The translations under genes were made by a program, and so were the position numbers. A model generated the notes under the pieces. It was not told the origin of the DNA, searched no databases, and saw only the letters and a list, made by a program, of their open reading frames with translations. A stretch of 64,000 nt of DNA from a virus: the IMG/VR virus record IMGVR_UViG_3300044994_000386, positions 22,436 through 86,435 of that record; one strand, 5' to 3'. Shown here in pieces: positions 10,111 to 20,001 of this stretch. How positions within the stretch are numbered: position 1 is the first letter of the stretch; the number at the start of each line of letters is the position of its first letter.

Positions 10111-10776
10111 ATGAAACACATCAGAAAGTTTGAAAGTTACAGAATCTATAAAAAAAGAGAAGAAATCATAAGAGAATCTGTAATTCAAGTAAATGACACT
10201 TACAAAGTAAGAACTATGGTTGATATTCCTCAATCACTAATAAATGCTTATGTAAAGAAAGTAAAAGACAACACAGGTAAAAATCTTAGACAATTCTTTG
10301 GTGATGTTGACATCGCAGAGGAAATTGTAAAATACATCACCTTAAATGGTTTAGATGTTGATAAAATTTCAGCAAATGCTCTTATGGGCGGTTCACAAGG
10401 ACAGTCCCAAGGTCAAGGTCAAATACAGTCTCAATCAGAGACACAGTCGCAAGCTCAAACTCAAGCACAAAGTCAAGCACAAACTCAAGCACAAAGTCAG
10501 GCACAAACTCAAGCACAAAGTCAAGCTCAAACTCAAGCACAAACTCAAGCAAAAAGTCAGGCACAAAGTCAGGCACAAACACAAGCTCAGGTTCAAGTTC
10601 AAGTTGAAGCCGAAACTCAAACACAACCACAAGCTCAAGATCAAGATGAATTTGAAGAAGTTCCTCAATCTAAACCACAGACTCAAGGCCAGGCACAAGA
10701 AGAAACAGAAGAAGATGAAGAAGTAGATCAATCTCAGGAAGAGACAGAAGAAGATGAAGAAGAACTTCCTCTATAA
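10111..10776 (+). CDS. Probable virion protein with QAQ(S/T) repeat and acidic tail
   Basis: Starts MKHIRKFESY; low-complexity Q/A tract then E/D-rich end. Confidence 0.7.
   Translation: MKHIRKFESYRIYKKREEIIRESVIQVNDTYKVRTMVDIPQSLINAYVKKVKDNTGKNLRQFFGDVDIAEEIVKYITLNGLDVDKISANALMGGSQGQSQGQGQIQSQSETQSQAQTQAQSQAQTQAQSQAQTQAQSQAQTQAQTQAKSQAQSQAQTQAQVQVQVEAETQTQPQAQDQDEFEEVPQSKPQTQGQAQEETEEDEEVDQSQEETEEDEEELPL
10441..10590 (+). repeat. Degenerate 12-bp coding tandem repeat (CAAGCACAAAGT/CAAGCACAAACT)
   Basis: About 12 units visible, encoding QAQ(S/T). Confidence 0.85.
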
Positions 10777-10841
10777 TACGGGATGATTATTTCGTTTTTT
10801 TTTTTTTCTATTAAGTAATACATTTTTAACATAGATCTTAT

Positions 10842-10872
10842 AAAAAAGTATCAATAAATTGGTACTTTTTTT
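10842..10872 (+). terminator. Probable intrinsic terminator
   Basis: AAAAAAGTATCAAT...ATTGGTACTTTTTTT. Confidence 0.5.
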
Positions 10873-10973
10873 ATTTTATGTAGGATATTTGAAACAAAAT
10901 TGCGATATTGATAATGACACAGAATTAATAGAAAAATCATAAAATTACTAAGGTTATTTTAATATATAATCTT

Positions 10974-11696
10974 GTGAAACACTTAAAGCTTTTTGAATCA
11001 TTTAAGAAATTTTATTTTGATAGTATAGATGAGATGGAAGTCGAGAATCCAATTTACCGTTGGTCTGTTTTCATTTCACCTAAGATCACGAGAATATCAG
11101 AATCAAACCAGAATGATTCAACACTCTTAATTGTTGATGTCCAGAAATCATTCAAGAAATGGTTCACTGAAAAGTATGTAAATGAATTAAAGAAATATGC
11201 TTCTCAATTTACTAATGTTTATCAAATCTGGGATAACCATGTCGATGGTAAAAATGTAGATAAAGATTATCTTTATGATCGAAATCCAAAAGTACCGGTA
11301 CACAATGATTTATATACTTTTCCGAATCAAAAAGATCTCATTGAAAAAAGATACAACTATAATGTAAATGCTGATTTTTATAGAAAAATTCTTGATAAAG
11401 AAGTTTACCAAGAAATTATTAATAGAGAAAATAGAAAAGAATTAAAAAAAGGTGATATTTTTCCGACTAAAGAAGGAACATATATTGTATATGTTGGAAA
11501 TAATCATAAGTGGCACCATCTTAGTAAGAAATTATATGATCTATTAGTTAGTTTAAAAAATAAAACGGTCACTATAGTTGGTGGATCGGACAGTGAGTGT
11601 CTAGAAGACATTTACACTGCTGCTTTATCGTTAGGTGTTAAAATAAAAAGAGATTGGAAGTTTATATATACATCCACAAGCTGTCCTATAAAATAA
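10974..11696 (+). CDS. Isochorismatase/cysteine-hydrolase-like protein
   Basis: LLIVDVQKSF, IEK, VGG..SECL; GTG start giving MKHLKLFESF. Confidence 0.6.
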   Translation: MKHLKLFESFKKFYFDSIDEMEVENPIYRWSVFISPKITRISESNQNDSTLLIVDVQKSFKKWFTEKYVNELKKYASQFTNVYQIWDNHVDGKNVDKDYLYDRNPKVPVHNDLYTFPNQKDLIEKRYNYNVNADFYRKILDKEVYQEIINRENRKELKKGDIFPTKEGTYIVYVGNNHKWHHLSKKLYDLLVSLKNKTVTIVGGSDSECLEDIYTAALSLGVKIKRDWKFIYTSTSCPIK

Positions 11697-11741
11697 ATCT
11701 ATTAAATAGATTGTCCTTTAAAAGTTTACTTACCCTATAAT

Positions 11742-12131
11742 TTAATTAATCCCGTAAATTGAACCAATTTGTGCAAATACTTTGTAATCTTGTATTTGAA
11801 AGTTAATAAACATGATATCTTGATAATTACCAGGATCTTGAGCAAAAACCACATCTAAGTCATAATTAAGGTTAATAATTTCTGGAATGTATCTTTGTAT
11901 CTGAGCATTCAACTGTCTTTTAACAAAATCGGCAGAAACACTAGTTTCATATAATAGCTCTTCGAGATTTCCGCCAAAATTTGGTTCACCTAAAACTTCA
12001 CCTTGGTTTGTAAACAATATCATTTCATATTTTTGTATAATAACACGAATAATATCATCTTCATCTAATCGGTTAGGATTATAATTTGGATGATTTGGGT
12101 ATTCGATGTATAAATCTATAAAATCAATCAT
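11742..12131 (-). CDS. Baseplate wedge protein, gp25-like
   Basis: ILFTNQGEVLGEPNFGGNLEELLYE ... IQRYIP. Confidence 0.8.
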   Translation of the reverse strand: MIDFIDLYIEYPNHPNYNPNRLDEDDIIRVIIQKYEMILFTNQGEVLGEPNFGGNLEELLYETSVSADFVKRQLNAQIQRYIPEIINLNYDLDVVFAQDPGNYQDIMFINFQIQDYKVFAQIGSIYGIN

Positions 12132-12307
12132 AAATTATATATTAACTTTATATATATACATTATATGAAGTATTAAAAAATTATTTTTTTAACGACAAAT
12201 AGTCTTAATTAATAATAGTAATAGTTTTAAAAAAAAATATAAGAGGTCAAGCAGTAAAAACGTTAAGGTTAAGAATTAATTAATTGGCTACAAAGAGTTA
12301 AAGATAT

Positions 12308-13285
12308 CTAAAATAATTCTTTGAATTTACCAATTACTGTCATTCCAAGTACAATAGGGTCTGTACTAGTTTCTAATAATCTAGTATGTTCGGTGATGAT
12401 ATAATTAGCTTGAAACAATTTGTCTATATTTTCTCTTTTCTCATTAATTGACCACTCAATAAAAGGTCGACCTAAAAAAAATAACATTTCATCAATCTTT
12501 TCAGCACCAAAATTATTCATTAACCAATGATAACAATATTCATAAGATTTTGATTTATCATAAATCAAATTATAAAGATCTAATTTTAATTTAATATTCA
12601 TGTTTGGAGTTGAGGCACTACTTTCACCAGTTTGTTTAAAATTATCCACTTCAATTAAAATAGCACGTATATCAGGAAATTTTTTGTTAATAATCCTGAT
12701 CAACTCATCCTTTGAAATCTCAAATCCTTCATTCTTAGCGATCACATCTTGTACACGCTTGTAAATTCCTATTTTAAGAGCCTTTTCTTCTTCCTGATTC
12801 TGGGCATCAAAATTAACCTCAACAAACCTTGAACGAATTCCAGCTGAAACTTTATTGATGTGATTTGTGTTTAAAATGAATCTTACATTCTTAGCTGAGT
12901 ACTCTTCAATATAGGCTTTGAGTGCATCTTGATATTGTGCAGATGTTCTTTCAAACTCATCCAAAAAAACATACTTCATTGAATCAGATGTAATTGTAGA
13001 TTCAATATCAAAGCCCATATAAACCCTAGAGCAAAAAGAATCAATCTTTTCGCGTAAAGTATCAATCGAGGTATAAAACGAAGAATTAATTTCCAAAAAA
13101 GGTTTATCTTTAGTATACTTACCTATTAATATTCGAGCTAGTGTGGTTTTACCTGTGCCAAAATGACCATATAAAATAACATTTTGTGTTAAACCTTTTT
13201 CAAAAATTTTACGGATTCTTGGAAGTAAGATAATTTCATCTAAGGTCTTAGGTCTATATTTTTCAGAAAGTAATAATTGCTTCAT
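12308..13285 (-). CDS. Sliding clamp loader subunit (gp44/RFC-like AAA+)
   Basis: EKYRPKTLDE, GHFGTGKTT, FLDEFE, IRSRF, FPDIR. Confidence 0.9.
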   Translation of the reverse strand: MKQLLLSEKYRPKTLDEIILLPRIRKIFEKGLTQNVILYGHFGTGKTTLARILIGKYTKDKPFLEINSSFYTSIDTLREKIDSFCSRVYMGFDIESTITSDSMKYVFLDEFERTSAQYQDALKAYIEEYSAKNVRFILNTNHINKVSAGIRSRFVEVNFDAQNQEEEKALKIGIYKRVQDVIAKNEGFEISKDELIRIINKKFPDIRAILIEVDNFKQTGESSASTPNMNIKLKLDLYNLIYDKSKSYEYCYHWLMNNFGAEKIDEMLFFLGRPFIEWSINEKRENIDKLFQANYIITEHTRLLETSTDPIVLGMTVIGKFKELF

Positions 13286-13331
13286 ATCATTTATAATTTG
13301 TCATGATTATAAGTTGAAGCACATCTGAAGT

Positions 13332-14042
13332 TTATATTTCTTTTAATTGTAAAATAAAGGTATTTAGGTTTCCTAAATTTGATGAATCGGAAAAACATTC
13401 AATTTCTAAATTATGAGATTTGAAATCGATTTTTTTTAATTGTATTTTAATCAAATTTTTGATTCTAAAAAATTCTTTTTTAATCTCTTTCAATTTCTTT
13501 TTAGCATCTATCGAATCATAATGATCAAATTCTTTATATAATTGATCAATCTCATTCTTATCACAAGATAACTCTTCTTCATTAATGTGAAATTCTATTG
13601 AAAAAATGGGTTGTTTTTGCCAATTATAAAATTGATCAATTTCTAAACTATCAATAATTTTACCACCTAAAATCTCATATTCTAAAACTGGTTTTAATAA
13701 TTCTTTAATTTCTGATTTAGTGTGTTTTGCTTTCTTAGTTGTTATAGATAAATAATAAAGATCTTCAACTATCTGTAATTTTTCTTTTTTTCTGTAATCA
13801 GATTTTTCGAGTTCATTGATAAGACAATCTATGTTGAAATTGTATGGCTTTTTACCAGATCTTGACCATCCTTTATTCATGTCTAAACAACCGGTAAATA
13901 AAGAACTACACTTACCATAAAATCCACCAAATGATTCTGTAGCACCAATTGACCAAAGATAATCAGACATATCAACTATTATTTCTAGTTTTTGCCTTAA
14001 GCTCACTCCGTTCTGTGATTCAAAATATTTTAAATACTTCAT
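13332..14042 (-). CDS. Hypothetical protein
   Basis: 236 aa; starts MKYLKYFES. Confidence 0.65.
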   Translation of the reverse strand: MKYLKYFESQNGVSLRQKLEIIVDMSDYLWSIGATESFGGFYGKCSSLFTGCLDMNKGWSRSGKKPYNFNIDCLINELEKSDYRKKEKLQIVEDLYYLSITTKKAKHTKSEIKELLKPVLEYEILGGKIIDSLEIDQFYNWQKQPIFSIEFHINEEELSCDKNEIDQLYKEFDHYDSIDAKKKLKEIKKEFFRIKNLIKIQLKKIDFKSHNLEIECFSDSSNLGNLNTFILQLKEI

Positions 14043-14172
14043 TATTAGATTATATTAGTTTTAATAATATCACCGGAATATCACGACTTTTAAGTCTGAC
14101 ATATTCGTTGTTGTATTTTTTTTTATATATTATTTCGAGTAATGGAATTATGATAATTTTATATATAACTCT

Positions 14173-14964
14173 ATGATTGGAGAAAGATTTAATTTTGACG
14201 ACGTATTTTTTAGAGATTTAACTGTATGTGTTTTAGATACATTAGAAGGCCAAATTAAATGGACGAATCGATTTAGTTCGGGTAACCGAGTAGTTAATGT
14301 ACCTTTTTATTATTCAATTACTGGTGATGAAAGATTCTTAATGGATTCTTTTTCTGATGACGTGGTTTCGGAAAATAGATTTGTAGATTTAAACACTGAT
14401 ATCATACCGCGCGGTCATTTGACGTTAACGGGATTTGATATTCGTTCTGATGAGTTTGCGAATCCGAATGTCTGGCTCAAGATGGTAATTGAAAATGATG
14501 CTGAAATTAGAAAAGTGTTAACTAAAATTAGAGCTATTCCTATTTCATGTAAATATGATCTTACTATACTTTTAGAATCTGAAATTGATGTTTTTAAATG
14601 TAGCCAATCAATTATGGATACCTTGTGGCTCTATAAATTTATGTACTTTGAACATAACTTTATGAATATTGATGCCGTGATGCTTTTACCAGATTCAAAT
14701 CAAATCGAAATTTCAAGAGAAAAAAGCCTGACTTCTGATAATCAAATCAAGTTATCATTATCCCTTGAAGTTCAAACTTATTATCCAGCATTTAGAAAAC
14801 CTACAGTAAATCCTGACGGTAGTTTTGACCTAACAAGTCAAGGAAACGGCAGTCCTAAAAATGATTTATTTGATATCATGGTATATCCTAAAAAAACAAA
14901 GTGGTATACTAATATTTTAGAGGCCAGAAAACGATTCAAAGGGGGACAATCTAACACAAATTGA
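14173..14964 (+). CDS. Tail terminator / sheath stabiliser, gp15-like
   Basis: VVNVPFYY, IIPRG, IPI..KYDL.I...SEID...C.Q.I pattern. Confidence 0.6.
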   Translation: MIGERFNFDDVFFRDLTVCVLDTLEGQIKWTNRFSSGNRVVNVPFYYSITGDERFLMDSFSDDVVSENRFVDLNTDIIPRGHLTLTGFDIRSDEFANPNVWLKMVIENDAEIRKVLTKIRAIPISCKYDLTILLESEIDVFKCSQSIMDTLWLYKFMYFEHNFMNIDAVMLLPDSNQIEISREKSLTSDNQIKLSLSLEVQTYYPAFRKPTVNPDGSFDLTSQGNGSPKNDLFDIMVYPKKTKWYTNILEARKRFKGGQSNTN

Positions 14965-15055
14965 GATAATCTAATAAGTTACCAAAATGAGAAAAAATGA
15001 GTTTTGGAACTAAATATATAGGTATAATAAACATAAAAAATAACAATTCACAATT

Positions 15056-16339
15056 ATGAAGAATATTAAATTGGAGCTATTCAACTTCAGAAAAAAATTA
15101 ACCGTTGATCAAGAGGAAGTATCTAGAATCATTGAGTCTCATATGAATGCTTGTAATGATTTCTCTGAGAAACAGATTATCATGTCGTTGAATGAAAAAT
15201 TAAAGATGTATACTTTTGACAAAAAGGTTAAGTCTTTACTTGAGTCATTGAATAGTGACATGGAAAACTATAAATTGGTATATGAATTGAAACATTTATA
15301 TAATGTGTTGAATAGTAAAAATCAAGGTGAACTTTATAGACAACCTATAAACGTACTTTTACAAACAATTAATTTAGAAAGTGACCAAGATAGAATGGAT
15401 AAGGTTCTTAATGAACTTGCTGTTTATGATTGGGTTCCTGAAATTAAATTATTTGTTCATAATTTAACTAAATCTCCAGAACAAAAAGCTAACTTACTTT
15501 CTGGTGGTAAAGGTGAATCAGTTTATACAATTGTTGAACAAGTTGAAAATGGATACTTATGTATGGTTAGCGACTCTTGGTTCTTACTTTCCGAAAATAA
15601 TATCGAAAAGACTCTTTTAGATACTCATATTAAAGATGAAAATCAATTAAAAGTTCTTAATAACTTATCAACAGCAATGAAGTTTGCTTCAATTGATGAA
15701 GATAGAATAAACTTTAGAATTTCTGAGAACTTAACTATCGGTTTATCAGTTTCTAAAAAAGGTATTATTTACATTAACGATGATGAGATGAACAAAGAAA
15801 CTACATTAGAATCTTTATTCTCATCTCCTATTATCCCAATTGTAAACAAAAACTTTTATCCGTTGTTACTTGAAACATCAAATAACTTAGATAAATTTGT
15901 AGAGTTAGATGTTGTTAAAAGAGTTTCTAACTTAGTCAATCCTTACTTAGAGGTATACGCTTTTAATTATAAAAATTCTATTTATCTTTATAGATGTGAT
16001 GAGAGATATGGCAATTCATTTTTCAAATATGATTCGGCTCTTGAGTTAGTAAATGAAGTTAAAAGCGAATTAAATTATGATTTGACTTATTTTTATGAAA
16101 ATAAATTAAGTGAAGAATTGATTGTTAAAAGAAAACTTGAAGATAAAGAAAGAGAAATTACTTTGAAACTCGAAGATGTTAATTTCAATATTTCAAAAAT
16201 TAAATCATCAGTTCAATTTTTAGGCGAATCAGAAGTATTAAAAAAAGCTTTAAGTAACTTAGAAAAAAGAAAATCGGCTCTTGAGGTTGAATTACAATCA
16301 ATAAAAGAAAGTCAATATAAAGAAAGAGTAAAAATTTAA
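15056..16339 (+). CDS. Hypothetical, probably structural protein with C-terminal coiled coil
   Basis: 427 aa; AAATATATA upstream, terminator downstream. Confidence 0.6.
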   Translation: MKNIKLELFNFRKKLTVDQEEVSRIIESHMNACNDFSEKQIIMSLNEKLKMYTFDKKVKSLLESLNSDMENYKLVYELKHLYNVLNSKNQGELYRQPINVLLQTINLESDQDRMDKVLNELAVYDWVPEIKLFVHNLTKSPEQKANLLSGGKGESVYTIVEQVENGYLCMVSDSWFLLSENNIEKTLLDTHIKDENQLKVLNNLSTAMKFASIDEDRINFRISENLTIGLSVSKKGIIYINDDEMNKETTLESLFSSPIIPIVNKNFYPLLLETSNNLDKFVELDVVKRVSNLVNPYLEVYAFNYKNSIYLYRCDERYGNSFFKYDSALELVNEVKSELNYDLTYFYENKLSEELIVKRKLEDKEREITLKLEDVNFNISKIKSSVQFLGESEVLKKALSNLEKRKSALEVELQSIKESQYKERVKI

Positions 16340-16349
16340 TCATAAAATT

Positions 16350-16381
16350 AAAAAAAAAGCTTCATTGAAGCTTTTTTTTTT
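16350..16381 (+). terminator. Intrinsic terminator
   Basis: A-run GCTTCA-T-TGAAGC T-run. Confidence 0.7.
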
Positions 16382-16479
16382 GTTTTTTAAAATAAACAAT
16401 ACGATTATATATAATATAACATGAAAGCATGAAATTTTTAAGGGCTAATTGCTCTACAAAAAAAAATAAATGCTTAATT

Positions 16480-16845
16480 ATGTACCTACACAACAAAGAT
16501 CTCTATGTAGAAATTATTGTATCGAAGGCACAAGGAAAATTGACGAACAAATCGAAATTAATGTTGGAAATCTTAGCAAAGCGGACTATTAAAAAAATGA
16601 GATATTGGAATAATGATGATAAGATGGATTGCTATCAAAGTGGTTTATTAGATATGTTTTCTAATTGGTATAACTTCAATGAGGAAAAAAGTGACAATGC
16701 TTTTGCATACTTCACTGAAATCTTTAAACGGGGAATCGCCAAAGGTTACAACGAACTCTACAAAAAGAAAGGTGATAATGATCATCAAATTAAATTGATA
16801 AGTTTAGATTCTTCAAACGATGGAATGGGACTTCACTCAATTTAA
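16480..16845 (+). CDS. Late-transcription sigma factor, gp55-like; likely start MYLHNKD
   Basis: YLHNKDLY, NFNEEKSDNAFAYFTEI match the gp55-family pattern. Confidence 0.75.
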   Translation: MYLHNKDLYVEIIVSKAQGKLTNKSKLMLEILAKRTIKKMRYWNNDDKMDCYQSGLLDMFSNWYNFNEEKSDNAFAYFTEIFKRGIAKGYNELYKKKGDNDHQIKLISLDSSNDGMGLHSI

Positions 16846-16882
16846 ACAAAAAAAAACCACCATATGAGTGGTTTTTTTGTTT
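16844..16882. terminator. Bidirectional terminator between convergent genes
   Basis: AAAAAACCAC...GTGGTTTTTT. Confidence 0.7.
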
Positions 16883-16906
16883 ACTAAAATTTAAGCATAT
16901 ATTTTA

Positions 16907-18013
16907 TTAAGCTTCGGTTTCTATTTCGACTTCACTATAAACAGTTTTGATCATTCTTTCAGATACTAAATAAGGATCACAATTTGATGCTGGTCTTCTA
17001 TCTTCAAAATAACCTCTACCTTCAACTAATGCTTGAGCTGGTATTCTAATCGAAGTATCACGTGTACTATAACCAAAACTAAACTCATGTATACCAGATG
17101 TCTCATGAGCCCCAGTCAATCTCTTTTCATTGTGTAGACCATATACTTCAATATGGGCCATGTGATTTTTTTCTAATTTACGCATTGTTTGTTTAATTAT
17201 TTCAAATCCACCTTCTTGTCTCATTTCTTTACTTGAAAAATTAACGTGACAACCGGTTCCATTCCAATCCCCCTCTATTGGCTTTGGATGTAATGAAACA
17301 TTAACGTTGTGTTTTTCAGCTACCCTTTGTAGAATATATCTTGCGACCCAAAGTTGATCAGAACCATTTAGTGCGGTTACTGGACCAATTTGAAATTCCC
17401 ATTGACCAAGCAAAACCTCGGCATTAATACCCGAAATATCTAAACCAATTTGTATACACATGTTCATGTGCTCTTCAGCGATTTCTCTACCAACAACTGT
17501 ATCCGCGCCAATGCCACAATAATAATCACCTTGTGGTCGAGGTTGACCAGATTTTCCTGACTTAAATCCTAAAGGTAGACCAATTCCTTCACCAAAAGGC
17601 ATTTCTGGCTTATGTGTTAAAGTATATTCCTGTTCCCAGCCAAACCAGGGTAGATCTGATTTATTATTATAACCATTTGTATTCTCTTTTAATCCAAGTT
17701 TTTCTATAATTTCTTGTAATTTTCTACGGTGATTGGTTTTATGTGGATTGCCTTCTGGATCTAATACTTCACATAACACTAATTTATCCATTTTTCCTCT
17801 AAAAGGATCATTTGTTATAAAAACTGGTTTTAATAGACAGTCTGTGTTTTTATTTTTTCCAGATTTGGCTTGTTTGGTTGAACTACCATCAAACGACCAA
17901 ATTGGATAATCTTCAGGATTTGTGGAATCAATCGATTCGGAAATTTTAGTTTTACTTCTTAATTGTTGTGGATTTGATCCATCTAACCAAATGTATTCTA
18001 GTTTAACTTTCAT
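16907..18013 (-). CDS. glnA: Glutamine synthetase, type II-like
   Basis: LEYIWLDG, LRSKTK, WSFDGSST, EQEY, YYCGIG, INAEV..GQWEFQIG, DWNGTGCH, RLTGAHET, YFEDRRPASNCDPY. Confidence 0.95.
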   Translation of the reverse strand: MKVKLEYIWLDGSNPQQLRSKTKISESIDSTNPEDYPIWSFDGSSTKQAKSGKNKNTDCLLKPVFITNDPFRGKMDKLVLCEVLDPEGNPHKTNHRRKLQEIIEKLGLKENTNGYNNKSDLPWFGWEQEYTLTHKPEMPFGEGIGLPLGFKSGKSGQPRPQGDYYCGIGADTVVGREIAEEHMNMCIQIGLDISGINAEVLLGQWEFQIGPVTALNGSDQLWVARYILQRVAEKHNVNVSLHPKPIEGDWNGTGCHVNFSSKEMRQEGGFEIIKQTMRKLEKNHMAHIEVYGLHNEKRLTGAHETSGIHEFSFGYSTRDTSIRIPAQALVEGRGYFEDRRPASNCDPYLVSERMIKTVYSEVEIETEA

Positions 18014-18034
18014 ATATTTTTTTATTTTTATTAT

Positions 18035-18078
18035 TTATACAATGACCTAAAAAACTAGTTTTGATTTTTAAGATATAA
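18035..18078. promoter_or_regulatory. Two overlapping divergent AAAC-N18-TATAA promoters centred on palindrome AAAACTAGTTTT
   Basis: - strand copy 18035-18061 faces glnA; + strand copy 18052-18078 faces ORF 18099. Confidence 0.55.
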
Positions 18079-18098
18079 ACTAAAAAAATTTATAAGAC

Positions 18099-18401
18099 AT
18101 GAAAGTATACTTACAATATTGGGAAGAATCTGAAAGAGATTGGGGTGTTAGACCTGATGGCTGTTCTATTCATTTAGATTTAGAATCTCATGCAAATTAC
18201 ATTGATGAAGTTTATAGGGATAGAACATTTCATCAACATGTTCCTAATGAGTATGATAGAATCGTTGGTGATCCAATTAAAGTTAGGGTGTCTGAAAAAT
18301 TATACGAGGATTTATTAAAAAAGAAGAGCCTCAGGTTATCTGAAGTTGAGACAAACAACTTAATAAAATTTAATGAAATAATTTTAAATGATCTGGCTTA
18401 A
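18099..18401 (+). CDS. Hypothetical phage protein
   Basis: QYWEESERDWGVRPDGCSIH; promoter upstream. Confidence 0.7.
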   Translation: MKVYLQYWEESERDWGVRPDGCSIHLDLESHANYIDEVYRDRTFHQHVPNEYDRIVGDPIKVRVSEKLYEDLLKKKSLRLSEVETNNLIKFNEIILNDLA

Positions 18402-18726
18402 AATATTATTTTATTCACTTAGTTTTTTATTTGTATGGGTTGAGTTTTATCATATGATAAACAAACACCTAATTTATGATAATAATCACCAAAAGTCTTT
18501 ATTAGATAGGCTATTCTTTTTTTCAAAATTTATTTATGCTATTTGGATAATCGTGGGTTTATTTTCTAACTTATGGATTTATTTTCTTTGCATATTGATG
18601 ATTTCTATTTTGAGATATCCTATACTATGGTTTAGTAACTCTAAAATGTTATTTCTTTATGAATTAGTAAATACACCAACATCAGTATTATTTTTGATGG
18701 TGATTTTTGGATTTGGATTATTTTAA
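18388..18726 (+). CDS. Small multi-pass membrane protein
   Basis: Three to four hydrophobic segments; overlaps the upstream stop. Confidence 0.6.
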   Translation: MIWLKILFYSLSFLFVWVEFYHMINKHLIYDNNHQKSLLDRLFFFSKFIYAIWIIVGLFSNLWIYFLCILMISILRYPILWFSNSKMLFLYELVNTPTSVLFLMVIFGFGLF

Positions 18727-19221
18727 CCTTTCCTCAGTTATAATAATAAACTCAAATCCTTTTCTTTCACACCATTCAATCATATATTTCCATTTACTCA
18801 AGTTCTTATTCCACATTTTGAGTGCATACTCGAAATTTTTTAACTGTTTGGCTGTTGGATTATGTGGTATCTTAGGTTCTTTTGTTTCCGAGCTATGTTT
18901 AACTTCGGCTACTACTTTAGCGATTGATCCATCGCTTCTTACAAGTTCATAGTAAAAATCGGGATAATAGGTGTGTTTTGTAGTTTCCCACGTCTCTTTT
19001 TCATTCACATATTCTGTTTTTTCATATGGAATTTTAATATATTCTGAAGACCAAAATTTAATATTTTCATTATTATCTAAATAAATCATCATTTTATGTT
19101 CAAGACTTGAACGATAGTAGACACCACCTTTACTATTCGCTTTTATTAGCTTTTCTTTGTTTTTAGGAATAAATAATCCTTGTTTATATAGACCGCCAGA
19201 ACGAGGAGCAATATTCAACAT
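18718..19221 (-). CDS. Head completion nuclease, gp4/TnsA-like
   Basis: YRSSLE, WSSE.I.IPY, HTYYPDF, EVK, N..KW....WC...G.EF.IITE. Confidence 0.85.
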   Translation of the reverse strand: MLNIAPRSGGLYKQGLFIPKNKEKLIKANSKGGVYYRSSLEHKMMIYLDNNENIKFWSSEYIKIPYEKTEYVNEKETWETTKHTYYPDFYYELVRSDGSIAKVVAEVKHSSETKEPKIPHNPTAKQLKNFEYALKMWNKNLSKWKYMIEWCERKGFEFIIITEERLK

Positions 19222-19270
19222 AACTTATAGATTTAATTATTATATATATGTATAATATATATATTTATTT

Positions 19271-19948
19271 ATGAAGCATCTAAATAAATTTAATGAAATT
19301 TGGAAACAAGAACCAGAAGAACGTTACATAATAAATAAATATTTAGATATTTTAAAGGATGGTAAAGAATTAAATCAAAATCAAAAAGATTTTATTAATA
19401 GGTATTTCGAATATCCGGATCTTTATGACATCACATCTAAATGGCTTCAAAATAAATTTGATACTTTTTCAAAATATAATATCGAAGAAATCGAAGATAG
19501 ATTGGTAGAATTCTTTGATCAAATTATTCATTGGGATCCATATTTGATGTTTTCATTATATATGAAATACTCAGGCGGTGAAAGCTGGCTTAGTATATAT
19601 CCAGAAAAATTAAATGACCCAAAATATTTACTAACCGAACTATCATATGTTTTTTCAGATTTACTATTCCACACAAAGACTAGAAAATATTCTAAACCAG
19701 AATTCACAATAGATTATTATTTAGAAAATAAAAGACCAGCCATAAGCATCCATTTCAATAGAGCCTATCAAAGTCGAGAGTCTTACAACTTGTTGTTTTT
19801 AGAAGATTTAAGTGATAAAATTGTTAATCGCCTTTCTCAGTTGTATAAAATAGTCGATGTCATGTCAGATAATAACAGACATAACAGTAGATTATATGAT
19901 CCGGAAACTGATGTAAACGATTATATTTTGACTTTAATCATTGAATAA
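19271..19948 (+). CDS. Hypothetical protein
   Basis: Starts MKHLNKFNE. Confidence 0.65.
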   Translation: MKHLNKFNEIWKQEPEERYIINKYLDILKDGKELNQNQKDFINRYFEYPDLYDITSKWLQNKFDTFSKYNIEEIEDRLVEFFDQIIHWDPYLMFSLYMKYSGGESWLSIYPEKLNDPKYLLTELSYVFSDLLFHTKTRKYSKPEFTIDYYLENKRPAISIHFNRAYQSRESYNLLFLEDLSDKIVNRLSQLYKIVDVMSDNNRHNSRLYDPETDVNDYILTLIIE

Positions 19949-20001
19949 TTCATTTAGGGGTTTTGAGATTTAATATATAAATCAAAATTGATTAATATTT
20001 A

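Noticed and set aside
10355-10731. Three alternative-frame ORFs over the 12-bp repeat
   Set aside because: Stop-free only because of the repeat; no independent coding evidence
18718-19221. Tn7 TnsA transposase
   Set aside because: No TnsB/TnsC nearby; T4-like context favours gp4 head completion nuclease
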